Shown one piece after another: positions 28,531 to 37,827 of a DNA stretch of 64,000 nucleotides (positions are counted from its first letter, which is position 1; each line of letters opens with the position of its first letter). The notes beneath the pieces were generated by a model that ran no database searches, was not told the DNA's origin, and saw only the letters and a program-made list of their open reading frames with translations. Where the stretch lies: the NCBI GenBank assembly GCA_963664705.1, contig OY761556.1, forward strand, positions 5,120,001-5,184,000. The letters run 5' to 3'. The position numbers and the translations under genes are program-made. This DNA is from Acidobacteriota bacterium (GTDB lineage Bacteria; Acidobacteriota; UBA6911).

Positions 28531-29832
28531 TTAGGTGGATAACTGCCTTGAAAGAGTAACATCGGGGAATACTCTCAAAATCCCACGAGAAACTGTTCTA
28601 ACAAGTCCCTCTTTTTCTATTTGAAGATCCCAGTGGAGTTCGCTTGCGCGATCCTCGAGCTCCTCTGTGTCTTCAGGATCAATATTGACCGTTGCAACTT
28701 TATTGACGGGATCGACCTCTATTCCATCCAATTCCGTCTTTTGGAAAACGGACAATTCATCTGAGTCTTTGTAGGATTTTTTGGCCGTAAACCATATGGA
28801 CAGGCCCGCTTCTTCAAACACATCATCCGTAAAAGTAAAAATTCGAGAATCACCCCTAACCATTCTCAAGTCGATTGAGGTAGAAATTAGTGTTGTAATT
28901 GGAACCATCGTGGATGTCAGAATGTTAAACTTCGTTGCCATGCCCTGGAGCTGACCATCAATGGCAATTTCTTTGTCCCCATCGACGCCAAGGGCATCGC
29001 GAATCTGTTTCTTCTCGTAAGCGGTCCAATCGGCTTCTCCGGTACCTCCTCCACCACCTCCGGTCAGCGCATTCGCATCAACCTGGTTGGGGACGGTGAA
29101 TCGGACTTGGTCTGTCACCTGTTTTATTAATGCTAGGTGTGATCCGGAAATCTCAAGAGCTGTCTTTATGGAGGCAATTGCCGTGGCATTCCAACTCACG
29201 GTCGCATCTGATTTCGGCACCTTGGCAAGTTCAGTCAGCAACGTTGAGATTTCAGTGTCAATATATCCGGCAATCGCTCCCAGAGCAGATAGGATAGAAG
29301 TTTGATTTGCGGCGGTTGCATCGCCAATCGTTGGGAGTGATCCTCCGTTCCAGGCCTTGGCATCCGCGGGGAGGTTCCCAGTCACGTCCGCAGCTGCTAA
29401 TGTTGCCGCGCTTTTTGCGCTGATAGACTGATCGACGAATGCGGCCTTGGCATCGGTCCAGGTCTCATTCGTGAGAGCTGTCGCGGAGAGTTCAAATGTA
29501 ATCGTAAACTTCTGGCTGTCACTCGTGCCGATCTGAAACGTCACCCAGGCGGCGCCGGCGGCGAAGGCGAGATCCGGGGCATCGAAGCGGTAATGCCCGG
29601 CTACATTGGCGACTTCCTTCACCCCTCCAGCAGAAAAAGCGCTATTCAGTGCAGCCAGATCGGAAAAAGACAAGGCGACCGCTGCAGCCGCTCCCTGCCG
29701 GTAATAGTAGCCGGAAAGATTCGCCGCAACCTTTCCCGTCAAAGGCAGGCCCGTTGCGCTGGCAAAAAGCTGCACTGGAATTGACACGGATGTCGACCCG
29801 ACTCGAATACCGCCTTGCAATTTATCTGGCAT
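28531..29832 (-). CDS. Tail fibre/baseplate-associated protein with BppU-like C-terminus
   Basis: 'RGDSRIFTF…IDPEDT…WDLQI…G.L.V..DVT'. Confidence 0.6.
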   Translation of the reverse strand: MPDKLQGGIRVGSTSVSIPVQLFASATGLPLTGKVAANLSGYYYRQGAAAAVALSFSDLAALNSAFSAGGVKEVANVAGHYRFDAPDLAFAAGAAWVTFQIGTSDSQKFTITFELSATALTNETWTDAKAAFVDQSISAKSAATLAAADVTGNLPADAKAWNGGSLPTIGDATAANQTSILSALGAIAGYIDTEISTLLTELAKVPKSDATVSWNATAIASIKTALEISGSHLALIKQVTDQVRFTVPNQVDANALTGGGGGGTGEADWTAYEKKQIRDALGVDGDKEIAIDGQLQGMATKFNILTSTMVPITTLISTSIDLRMVRGDSRIFTFTDDVFEEAGLSIWFTAKKSYKDSDELSVFQKTELDGIEVDPVNKVATVNIDPEDTEELEDRASELHWDLQIEKEGLVRTVSRGILRVFPDVTLSRQLST

Positions 29833-29851
29833 AGTTACCCTTCCAGAGGTT

Positions 29852-29956
29852 TATAATGCTCGGACCTGGTTCCCGACGGGGACGCAAGTAAGGCGAAACG
29901 CTATAGACGGTTCGCTTTGGCCAGGCCAACGCAAACAACTTTCTATAGAGGTTGTC
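29852..29956 (+). promoter_or_regulatory. Promoter and structured 5' leader of the internal recombinase
   Basis: TATAAT at 29852; nested stems; hairpin 29935-29955 occludes GAGG. Confidence 0.5.
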
Positions 29957-30769
29957 ATGACCAGTGCTTTCGAAAAATATCTCTTCATCAAAAAGGGTCT
30001 CGGGCCCGTCACCGTTTCAAACCATTCCAAAGCCATCAAGCGCATCGCGGCAGAGCTTGGAGGCGCATTTAGCCGGCGCCGGGCCGAAAACTACGTTCTG
30101 AAGTTGTATCAGTCGACGGCCAGCTACTCGCATAAATCCAATCAGGCCAAGTCCCTCGAGTACTGGTTTGAGTTTCGCCGCCAGCCCATTCACTTTGCTA
30201 GGCAGCGCAAGCCAAAACCGATGATCAAACAGACGCTGTCCGAATCCGAGGTCACGCGGATGCTTTTCTCCTGCAGGAACATCCGGGAGAAGGCGATCAT
30301 CGGAACCTTGGCTTATGCTGGCCTGCGCCCGAAAGAGCTCGAGAAGCTCCACGTCCAGGACGTCGACTTTTCCTCCAACACCTTGCGCGTCATCAACGGC
30401 AAAGGCGCCAAGGACGGAATCATCTACCTTCCCGCTGCTGGCGTTCAGATCCTGATGCAGTATCTCTCGGCTCATCCGCGTCGGCCCGAGCAGCTCATGT
30501 TTGTGACCATCTACGATAAGCCCTTCACCGGATACTGCCAGCGCAAACTGATGAAGACGATCGGCCGCAGGGCCAGGATCGATAGGCGCGTTTACCCCTA
30601 CCTTTTGCGTCATAGCCTCGGGACAAACCTGGTGCTGCGCGGCGGAGATATCTTCCTGGTGAAGCGTCAGCTGCGCCACTCCAACATCGCCACTTCGCTT
30701 GGTTATATTCATTGTCTCGGTGTCGGCATGAAAAACGAGTATGAACGCTACGCCCCGAACTACAGCTAG
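29957..30769 (+). CDS. XerC/D-like tyrosine recombinase, antisense within tail module
   Basis: AGLRPKE, GKGAKD, YLLRHS, LRHSNIATSLGY. Confidence 0.92.
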   Translation: MTSAFEKYLFIKKGLGPVTVSNHSKAIKRIAAELGGAFSRRRAENYVLKLYQSTASYSHKSNQAKSLEYWFEFRRQPIHFARQRKPKPMIKQTLSESEVTRMLFSCRNIREKAIIGTLAYAGLRPKELEKLHVQDVDFSSNTLRVINGKGAKDGIIYLPAAGVQILMQYLSAHPRRPEQLMFVTIYDKPFTGYCQRKLMKTIGRRARIDRRVYPYLLRHSLGTNLVLRGGDIFLVKRQLRHSNIATSLGYIHCLGVGMKNEYERYAPNYS

Positions 30770-30822
30770 TCAGTAAACTGCACTGCCGGGTCAGTCCCTG
30801 CTTCCCCTCGGGGACTTTCCAC

Positions 30823-31134
30823 TTAGGTTACCGTCGCCCCTGTATTCTCCGCTGAAATCGTGTCATTGAGCGCTGCATGCCGCCGCTCAGCCTTGTCCTG
30901 ACGCATGACGCCCAGAATGAACCCCGAGACAATGGACTTCATGAAAACCTTTTTGGTCACCGGGTTGGCAATCAACGGCCTGTCAGATTCGGTCTGGCCT
31001 GATCCCGGTACCCAGGATGGATCGGGGATGGTGGCCGGGCGGTTGTAGATCCGCGCGAAGCTGTCCTTGGGGTCATCAAACTTGGTATCGTCCCAGGTCA
31101 CCGTGACCGCCACATTGTCTGTCTGCTGAGCCAT
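30823..31134 (-). CDS. Tail-associated hypothetical protein
   Basis: AGGAG RBS; in late operon. Confidence 0.65.
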   Translation of the reverse strand: MAQQTDNVAVTVTWDDTKFDDPKDSFARIYNRPATIPDPSWVPGSGQTESDRPLIANPVTKKVFMKSIVSGFILGVMRQDKAERRHAALNDTISAENTGATVT

Positions 31135-31144
31135 AATTGCTCCT

Positions 31145-31741
31145 TTATGATGTTGCAGGGGTCAGGGTCAAATAGTGCACCGTCACCCTCACCACGCCCG
31201 CGTTAAACGTCTTGCCGCCGTCGCAGGTAAGGACCACGCTCGTGGCCGCCGTATAGAAAACCGGTGACTGAATCGTGATGTTGGCGAGCGTCACATCAGC
31301 GGCAAAGGCTATCGCCGCTCCCCATCGATCGACATCGGTCCCATCACCCACGCTGTAAGTAGTGCCACCATCACCGCTCGCAACGGTCGTTGTTGGATGC
31401 ACGGTCACGCCAAACACCAGCGATCCTGCGGGGATCAGATTCGTCAGCGTCAGGGTTGCTCCCGACATTGCTCCTGATTGGACCGTGGCTTGATCGATCT
31501 TGGTCTGCTGAGCGTTGACTCCCTTGCGATAGAGAGCGCCGGCGGCGGTGATCCCGGCCAGTACGTTCCCGCTCGAATTCTGAGCCTGCAAAAGATCGGC
31601 AGACTGGCTTGCTGCACCTTGGAGAATCCCCACGATTGCAGCGCTGTCGGAACCTTTGGCGTGGAGGCGTCCACCTGGGCTTGTCGTACCGATCCCGACA
31701 TGCCCAAACACCAGCAATAGGAGAATTAATGCACGATACAT
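31145..31741 (-). CDS. Tail fibre-like protein
   Basis: GHVGIGTTSP fibre repeat; beta-sandwich C-terminus. Confidence 0.65.
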   Translation of the reverse strand: MYRALILLLLVFGHVGIGTTSPGGRLHAKGSDSAAIVGILQGAASQSADLLQAQNSSGNVLAGITAAGALYRKGVNAQQTKIDQATVQSGAMSGATLTLTNLIPAGSLVFGVTVHPTTTVASGDGGTTYSVGDGTDVDRWGAAIAFAADVTLANITIQSPVFYTAATSVVLTCDGGKTFNAGVVRVTVHYLTLTPATS

Positions 31742-32694
31742 AATTGATCCGGATCTCCGTTGGTTCTGTATACCGCACCGGCTGCAAGTCCGCCCGCGAC
31801 TGCCGCCGCGTTGTTGGCATAAATCGGTACGCCCGTGGCAACGATTGTTCTCAGTTTTAGATCGCCAAAGGTGCCGTTTTGGGTGCCGAGATTGATTTCA
31901 ACTACTCCGGCCGCATTGCGAGCCAGTCCGGTGTCGAGTGACCCCGATCCTATCCCGGCCCCGCTGTACCACCGGAAATCAATTCCTGATCCTAATCGAA
32001 TATCGCCATCGGTAAACCATGCCCTATCGGTGCCACTCGGAGAAATATAAAATCCCAGATTGCTTATGGTTGCCCGCGTGGTTCCCGCCAACGCCTTACT
32101 TGCCAGAGTCAGCGTCGAGCCTCCGAGCGTCAGCGGAAGATCCGTCCCCGTCCCGCCCGCGTGGGAGCCGATAATAAAGGAATCGCTGCGCGCCCCGAGA
32201 AGCAGGGTTTGGAAATTATTCGAGTTCGCGGGGGATAAATCCGCATTGCAAATATCAATCCATGCAAGTCCGGTAGCCTCATTGCCACCAGTACCGTTGG
32301 GCATGATGTCGAGCGCGGTGGGAGAATTTGGAACGGTGGAACGGAAATACGGAACACCCCACGTTGCAACGTCCGTACCCCTCCCGGTAAGTTGCCACGT
32401 ATTGGCGTTGCCGGAAAAGGCAAAACTCTGCGCCTGCGCGACTCCCGCAACGTCGAGCGTTTGCACGGGCGTCGTCCCTATGCCGACGCGCCCATTCGCC
32501 AGATCCAGCGTAACCAGTGATCCATCCGCTCCAGCCAGTTCCTGTAGGTAGGATTTGTCTCCATCGGTTTTGATTAGCAGCGACTTCGCGCTGGCAGTCG
32601 TGTCCTGAAGAGTCAGTGACGGCGCGGTATTCTGCACCACAAGATTCGCGGCGAAGGTGCTCGGCTGGACGCTATTCGGGTAGGAAATAGGCAT
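31726..32694 (-). CDS. Tail fibre protein
   Basis: GRVGIGTTP repeat, 'DTGLARNAAGVVEI', 'YANNAAAVAGGL'. Confidence 0.7.
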   Translation of the reverse strand: MPISYPNSVQPSTFAANLVVQNTAPSLTLQDTTASAKSLLIKTDGDKSYLQELAGADGSLVTLDLANGRVGIGTTPVQTLDVAGVAQAQSFAFSGNANTWQLTGRGTDVATWGVPYFRSTVPNSPTALDIMPNGTGGNEATGLAWIDICNADLSPANSNNFQTLLLGARSDSFIIGSHAGGTGTDLPLTLGGSTLTLASKALAGTTRATISNLGFYISPSGTDRAWFTDGDIRLGSGIDFRWYSGAGIGSGSLDTGLARNAAGVVEINLGTQNGTFGDLKLRTIVATGVPIYANNAAAVAGGLAAGAVYRTNGDPDQLCIVH

Positions 32695-32696
32695 CG

Positions 32697-32903
32697 CTAC
32701 TCCTTGACAGGATCAACTATTCCAGGAACTTCCTTTTGAACGGACTCATATTTAGCTTTGAGCTCATCCCGTTCTGATTCAACGACATTATAATGATCAA
32801 TCAGAGCACGCATCTGTTTTTGCAAAAGTGCAATCGATACATCACGGTCAACAATCATTTGAAGGTAATCTGACTGTTCAATCTTTATTGCGTCTAGATC
32901 CAC
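32697..32903 (-). CDS. Small coiled-coil protein (fibre chaperone-like)
   Basis: Heptad pattern; position. Confidence 0.55.
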   Translation of the reverse strand: MDLDAIKIEQSDYLQMIVDRDVSIALLQKQMRALIDHYNVVESERDELKAKYESVQKEVPGIVDPVKE

Positions 32904-32913
32904 GTTTTATCTC

Positions 32914-33315
32914 CTATGCTATCTGTACAAGGGCAATTCCCGTTTCACTTCTCGCTATCTCCGATGACTGATCCCATCCCCCCTCGAACCTTACCGTATA
33001 GCGCCCGGTCAACGTGACTCCTGTCGGGTCATACGTAAAATTTGATTCATATGGGTCGTAAAAGTAGAAGGGCTGATGAGATCCTTTTCTTGCGTCATAA
33101 AAATCGCGCAATGCCTCGAGGGCATCTATGGGAAGCCTTTTCGAGAGTTTCCACCGTTTTCTGCTATCTTCGGCAAGAAATTTCCTATCCGATGATCCAT
33201 CTTTATACAGTCCAACGATCGTGGGAATTTCCCTTGTATGCACAAACGCCTTGGATAAACTGAGCGGCAAAACAGTACCGGCTGTCACGGATGCGCTTGA
33301 AACACTTCCTGGCAT
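32914..33315 (-). CDS. Distal tail protein (DUF2460-like)
   Basis: 'LRDFYDARKGSHQPFYFYDP…VRF'; follows tape measure. Confidence 0.7.
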   Translation of the reverse strand: MPGSVSSASVTAGTVLPLSLSKAFVHTREIPTIVGLYKDGSSDRKFLAEDSRKRWKLSKRLPIDALEALRDFYDARKGSHQPFYFYDPYESNFTYDPTGVTLTGRYTVRFEGGWDQSSEIARSETGIALVQIA

Positions 33316-33322
33316 ATTTAAC

Positions 33323-36300
33323 CTAAGATGTCAGCACGCCTGGACTTAGCTGCAGTGCTGCAAGCTCGCGCCTATTAAAATTAGACCGGGAGGCATTCAG
33401 GGAAGCGCTTTGTATCACACGCGGATTCTTTTTCACCGCGCTTACAGCCTGACCTGTCAGAAATTTTACCGTTGCCTCCGCGTCGAGCTTTAGCGTTGTA
33501 TTTCCGCCTCCGCCAGACTGATTGCTGCCTCCACCTGATTTCATCGTGCCAAACAGGCGCCCGAAGAAGTCCTGAGCCTGGATGAACCCGGCATTTTCCC
33601 GCGCCGGCGTGACTCGCTCGCCTTTGTGAATAAAGGCCAGCATGTCACGAGGAACAAATGCCGTTCCGATCGCATAGCTCGGGATCGCTCCACCAAGACC
33701 AGGCTGCGCAGTTCCGTTATAGTAGGATGTGGCCTGCCTGAGATTTCCACCGCTTTGAATGAGTGTTGAAGGCGTCTTCACTTGTGGCAGTTTCGCCGTA
33801 CTCTGGCCATAGCTTAAAGCGTACAGGCGCACCAGGTCTGCAACCTGCTGGCTGCGAACGGCCATGTCGAGATTTCCGCCGAAGGATTCCTTTGCCATTT
33901 GGACAATCTGGGACAAGACCTTCTTGTCGCCGATATCCACTCCATACGTGGCTTTAACCTTCTGCTTTACTTTGTCCTCTGCAGATTTCATGAAGAGGCG
34001 GACCAGGCCGGCACCGAGGCCAATCGCACCGCCGATTGCCGCTCCAAGAGGACCGCCATACTTGAAGCCGATCATGGCGCCGCCGGCAGTCGTCATTGCA
34101 AGGCCGGAGGCGCCGCCTCGCTGCAGTCCCATCATTGCGAGCGTAACGCCGCCCATCAAAGCTGCATTGGATTTGCCGAGAGCTGAGAGCTTGCCGCCGA
34201 GGGACAATTGGCCGAATGGAAGCTGCGGCCCCATAAATCCGGACTTACCGGACATTCCAAGGAAAGACTTAAGACCGGAGAGTCCTCCGCCATTATTCAA
34301 CATGCTGCCCAAGCCCGATGATTGCCCACCGCCGCCATATCCTCCAGTAGAACTCGGAAGGAATGGCGGAGTTCCGCCGGGTCCCATTCCCGGGATCCCA
34401 AAACCACCGCCACCGGATCCGCCGAATCCTCCGCCGCCACCCATCGGGAACATGCCGCCGAGAATCCCACCAATTACCAAACTACCACCACCCGCTCCTG
34501 CTGCAGCGGCTCCCGGCATCCTGGAGCCGCCGAACATCTGCATCATCATGCGAGCCACATTCGACGTCACCACTTCCTTGATCGCCGTGAGCATGGCGGT
34601 CTTGAACGCGTCTCCGATTGCGCTCCAGACCGACTTCGATTTCGTCACGAGTGCATCAAAGACTCCTTCCGCCTGAGACTTGAACGACTGGAACATTTCG
34701 CGGTTTTTGTCCCTGACGATTTCCATTTGACGGATAGCCGCGTTTTCCTTCGTCGAATCGATCGCGTCTTTGGTTTGTTCCCCGATCTGTCCTTTTATCT
34801 GCTCGCGCTGTTTTTGCAGCTCGGCAATCATGCCGCTGATTCGCGTGGTATCAATTCCAGCCTGCGCAAGAACTTCCTTTTGCATATTCAGCTGCAGAAG
34901 GATCTGCTGCGTTTCAGCATCGAACAGCCTGGACTTAATTTCGTGGACCTGCTGCAGGTACTGAACCTCTATGCTTGCCTTCTGAGATTCGAGAGCGATC
35001 CTGTTTGCAACTTCGCGCTGCGGGTTGATTTCGAATCCCTGGCTCTGCTGGAGATCGACTTTGCGGAGAGCGGCGTCCCTGGACATCTGCACGCGTTCCA
35101 GTTCGAACTCGGTCATCTGGCGGGAATTATCATACTGCTGCCTGGCAAGGTCTCTTTCGTAGTCCGTGCGCTTCTGGTAGTTCTGCGCGGCCGCCTCCAT
35201 CGCCTTCAGCGCTGTGTCGCTGATTTCCTTGCGCTGCTTCTCGGCCGTTTCGCGCTGATAGGCCTGGATTCTCAGCTGTAACGCCCGCTCCAGATCCGCT
35301 TCGGCCTCCTTGCTCAACTTCACCTTTTTCCCGACGCCATTCTCATCGATGTAGGTCGTAAGCTTTTCGTGCTCCTTTGCAACATCCATGATGGCCTTAA
35401 CGGGAGCACTGAACATTGCCTCCTCGGCAGAGATGCGGAAATCACGAGCTGCTCGAGTGGAATCTAGAATGAACTTTTTTATCTTGTCTGTTTCTGATTC
35501 GTCGAGGATCGGGATATCGAGGCCACTGCTTCCGGTTTTGATATCCTGGCCCAGCCCTTTGACGCGGGAGAACCGATCGGAACCGAAATCTGGTATCTGT
35601 TGCCCACCCGTCACGGCAAAGCGAGCTTCGGATTCCGAGACTCCGGATTTGAGCACCTGGTCGAGAGTCTTGCCGGATTTGAATTGAGCCAGAATAGCAG
35701 CCTGCTTGTTCGCCGCCTCGAGGCCCCTCACGAACTGTAGATTTTTCTGGTGCTCGTTCCACAGGATCACGCCAAAAGCGGCCAGCCCTGCAGCAGCCAG
35801 GCCCCATGGATTAGCAAGTGATGCCGCATTAACGAGACCGATGCCTAAGGCCAACTCTCGTGCGGCCGCAGCTAACTTTAAAACCTGGCTGACAAGCGCA
35901 TAGCCGACAATCCACATGCCAAGATTCTTTGTCCACTCAGCGACATCCTTCAGGTAAGAAGATAGCTTCTGCAATCCGCCGTCTTTTACCCATTGCACGG
36001 CGGCATTGGAAAATTCGATCATCTTGGGAAGCAGTTCCTGAGCGACATTTAGCGCCAAGCCCTCAACTGACGTTTTCAGACGCTCGATGTTGTCGTTGAC
36101 AACTTCGGCATCTTTGGCCAGCTTCTGGTCAAACACAATCCCGAGCTGCTTACCCTCCTCGGCCATCTCCCGGATCGCAGAGCCGCCGGCATTCAAAAGC
36201 GGAATCATTTCCTGTCCGGATCGACCCATTACTTTTATGGCGAGGGCTGTCTTCGTGGCTCCGTCGGGCATCTTCTCAAATCGGTCAGCCAGGTCCTCGA

Positions 36301-36793
36301 GGACGGACCCGACCGGGCGCAGACTTTTATCCGCGTTCTGGTATTCAACTTTGAGCGCGGCGAAGTGCTTGCGCTGTTCCTTGGATCCTGAGGCCGCGTC
36401 CAGCATGCCAACAGACAATTTCTTGAGCGCGGTCCCGAGCGTTTCCGTATCGACGTCGGCAAGCTTTGCCGCATACCCATAGGCTGTCAGTTCCTTTACG
36501 GTGACGCCATACTTTTGGGACATCTTCCCCATCTGGTCCGCGTGTTCAAGGGCTCCCATCGTGAATTGCTTGAGCATTCCGAAGGCCTGCTTCGCCATGT
36601 CATAAAGAGCATTGCCGGCAAGCACGCCCTTTGTCATGGAAGCCGTCATGCCATCGAACGATTTGGAAGCGCTGACAGTAACCTTGGCCGCCTGCTGCTC
36701 GATGGATGAAAGCCCTTTGTTGATTCCAGAGGTTGCAGCATTCGCCTGCTTCGGATCGATCTGGATAACAAGCTCGAGCTTATTGTCGGCCAT
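33323..36793 (-). CDS. Tail tape measure protein
   Basis: 1156 aa helical, Gly-rich C-term, YAIGT..VP…IHKGERV. Confidence 0.92.
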   Translation of the reverse strand: MADNKLELVIQIDPKQANAATSGINKGLSSIEQQAAKVTVSASKSFDGMTASMTKGVLAGNALYDMAKQAFGMLKQFTMGALEHADQMGKMSQKYGVTVKELTAYGYAAKLADVDTETLGTALKKLSVGMLDAASGSKEQRKHFAALKVEYQNADKSLRPVGSVLEDLADRFEKMPDGATKTALAIKVMGRSGQEMIPLLNAGGSAIREMAEEGKQLGIVFDQKLAKDAEVVNDNIERLKTSVEGLALNVAQELLPKMIEFSNAAVQWVKDGGLQKLSSYLKDVAEWTKNLGMWIVGYALVSQVLKLAAAARELALGIGLVNAASLANPWGLAAAGLAAFGVILWNEHQKNLQFVRGLEAANKQAAILAQFKSGKTLDQVLKSGVSESEARFAVTGGQQIPDFGSDRFSRVKGLGQDIKTGSSGLDIPILDESETDKIKKFILDSTRAARDFRISAEEAMFSAPVKAIMDVAKEHEKLTTYIDENGVGKKVKLSKEAEADLERALQLRIQAYQRETAEKQRKEISDTALKAMEAAAQNYQKRTDYERDLARQQYDNSRQMTEFELERVQMSRDAALRKVDLQQSQGFEINPQREVANRIALESQKASIEVQYLQQVHEIKSRLFDAETQQILLQLNMQKEVLAQAGIDTTRISGMIAELQKQREQIKGQIGEQTKDAIDSTKENAAIRQMEIVRDKNREMFQSFKSQAEGVFDALVTKSKSVWSAIGDAFKTAMLTAIKEVVTSNVARMMMQMFGGSRMPGAAAAGAGGGSLVIGGILGGMFPMGGGGGFGGSGGGGFGIPGMGPGGTPPFLPSSTGGYGGGGQSSGLGSMLNNGGGLSGLKSFLGMSGKSGFMGPQLPFGQLSLGGKLSALGKSNAALMGGVTLAMMGLQRGGASGLAMTTAGGAMIGFKYGGPLGAAIGGAIGLGAGLVRLFMKSAEDKVKQKVKATYGVDIGDKKVLSQIVQMAKESFGGNLDMAVRSQQVADLVRLYALSYGQSTAKLPQVKTPSTLIQSGGNLRQATSYYNGTAQPGLGGAIPSYAIGTAFVPRDMLAFIHKGERVTPARENAGFIQAQDFFGRLFGTMKSGGGSNQSGGGGNTTLKLDAEATVKFLTGQAVSAVKKNPRVIQSASLNASRSNFNRRELAALQLSPGVLTS

Positions 36794-37076
36794 CGTCCGC
36801 CCCGTTTTTCTCGTTTTCGAACTTACTCACTTCTTCCTCGATCACTTTCATTGCTTCGAATTCGTCGCTGCTGATATCGTCGAGGTCCATATGAAATCCG
36901 AACTTGAGAGCCGTTTTTATCTCGACGGCTCTCTTTATCAGTTGCCCGAGCTCCGTTGCCTGCGCCGCCTCCAGGCTGTCCAACGGGCAGGTAGCTCTGG
37001 CGTCCTCATGCGGACAGCCAATCTTACGATCGCAGAGCTGGTCCCGCCTGAAGCCCCAGTACACCAGGTAGCGCAC
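36780..37076 (-). CDS. Tail assembly chaperone T (gpT-like frameshift extension)
   Basis: Open in the -1 frame from the slippery site at 37106-37112. Confidence 0.75.
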   Translation of the reverse strand: MRYLVYWGFRRDQLCDRKIGCPHEDARATCPLDSLEAAQATELGQLIKRAVEIKTALKFGFHMDLDDISSDEFEAMKVIEEEVSKFENEKNGADDGRQ

Positions 37077-37102
37077 CGAAGGTTCATCGGGCCATCTCTC
37101 CG

Positions 37103-37720
37103 CTAAAAATTTACTTCCGCACTTCCAAGGGCGGCTTCACGCGCTCTGAGGAGAGCAAGAACAACAGCCTGCTTGTGCACAATCGGGACAATATCGCCCG
37201 CGTATCCAGTGGCCGTCCTCTTGAGCTTGTCGTAAAGATCGCCGGCCGTCGACAGGCTGAAGGACATCACCTGTTTATTCTGCTGGCTCCTGACGGATGC
37301 AAACTGTTTGTCGTAAGTGAATTTTTCCTTTGCGGTCGGCAAGCGCAGTTCGTGCGCAGTTTTGATTCCGCCCGGCGCCGTCAGCGGGACAGAGACCTTC
37401 TCGCCGTCAAACGCAGCTTCACCCATCGAGCTGGAGGTGATTTCCTCAATGATCCGGTAGGCTTCGTACTCGTCAACGTCCGGGCCTTCGCCCATCCTCA
37501 GAATTTTGTTGATGAGTTCAGCGTCGGCCGGATCCGGGTCCTGATCTACCGTCTCCTGGATCCCGCGCCCAAGGTTCAGCGTCACGACCTTGATGCGTCT
37601 TCCGCGCTCAATCAGTTCCTCATCCGTGGGAAATCGAACCGTGATTGCCTTGATGGACCCGTCGGGCAGTTGTGCCTTGATAGAAATCTGCTGATTTACA
37701 TCGAAGAGTTTTTCAGACAT
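37103..37720 (-). CDS. Tail assembly chaperone (gpG-like)
   Basis: Between major tail and tape measure genes; ends in slippery site. Confidence 0.8.
   Translation of the reverse strand: MSEKLFDVNQQISIKAQLPDGSIKAITVRFPTDEELIERGRRIKVVTLNLGRGIQETVDQDPDPADAELINKILRMGEGPDVDEYEAYRIIEEITSSSMGEAAFDGEKVSVPLTAPGGIKTAHELRLPTAKEKFTYDKQFASVRSQQNKQVMSFSLSTAGDLYDKLKRTATGYAGDIVPIVHKQAVVLALLRAREAALGSAEVNF
37106..37112 (-). other. -1 programmed ribosomal frameshift site A AAT TTT
   Basis: GTA AAT TTT TAG; -1 shift reads TTA GCG GAG AGA TGG… into the 36780 ORF with no stop. Confidence 0.85.
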
Positions 37721-37805
37721 TGCGCGCCTCCCTGTGCGCTCCCAGGAGTAATGCGCGGCAGGCCAGCGGGAGACTGACTCTTCGGCCCATGGAGCCTAGC
37801 CGCGC
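37721..37805 (-). ncRNA. Candidate structured cis-regulatory RNA
   Basis: Three-way junction by manual pairing; loop TCTCCC complementary to downstream SD. Confidence 0.5.
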
Positions 37806-37827
37806 GATGGTTCGCTAAAATGTCGGG

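Noticed and set aside
29865-29930. c-di-GMP-I riboswitch (GGGACGCAA)
   Set aside because: No upstream GGCAAA/GAAA tetraloop arrangement; only a partial word match
29957-30830. Integron integrase with attC cassettes
   Set aside because: Protein lacks the IntI-specific insertion; no RYYYAAC…GTTRRRY hairpins found between the fibre genes
23720-32694. Diversity-generating retroelement targeting tail fibres
   Set aside because: No reverse transcriptase and no TR/VR pair with adenine-specific mismatches seen
33864-35281. Long + strand ORFs opposite the tape measure gene (similar shadows at 15646-16605, 51388-52644, 52834-54108)
   Set aside because: Antisense shadows of GC-rich genes; no recognisable motifs
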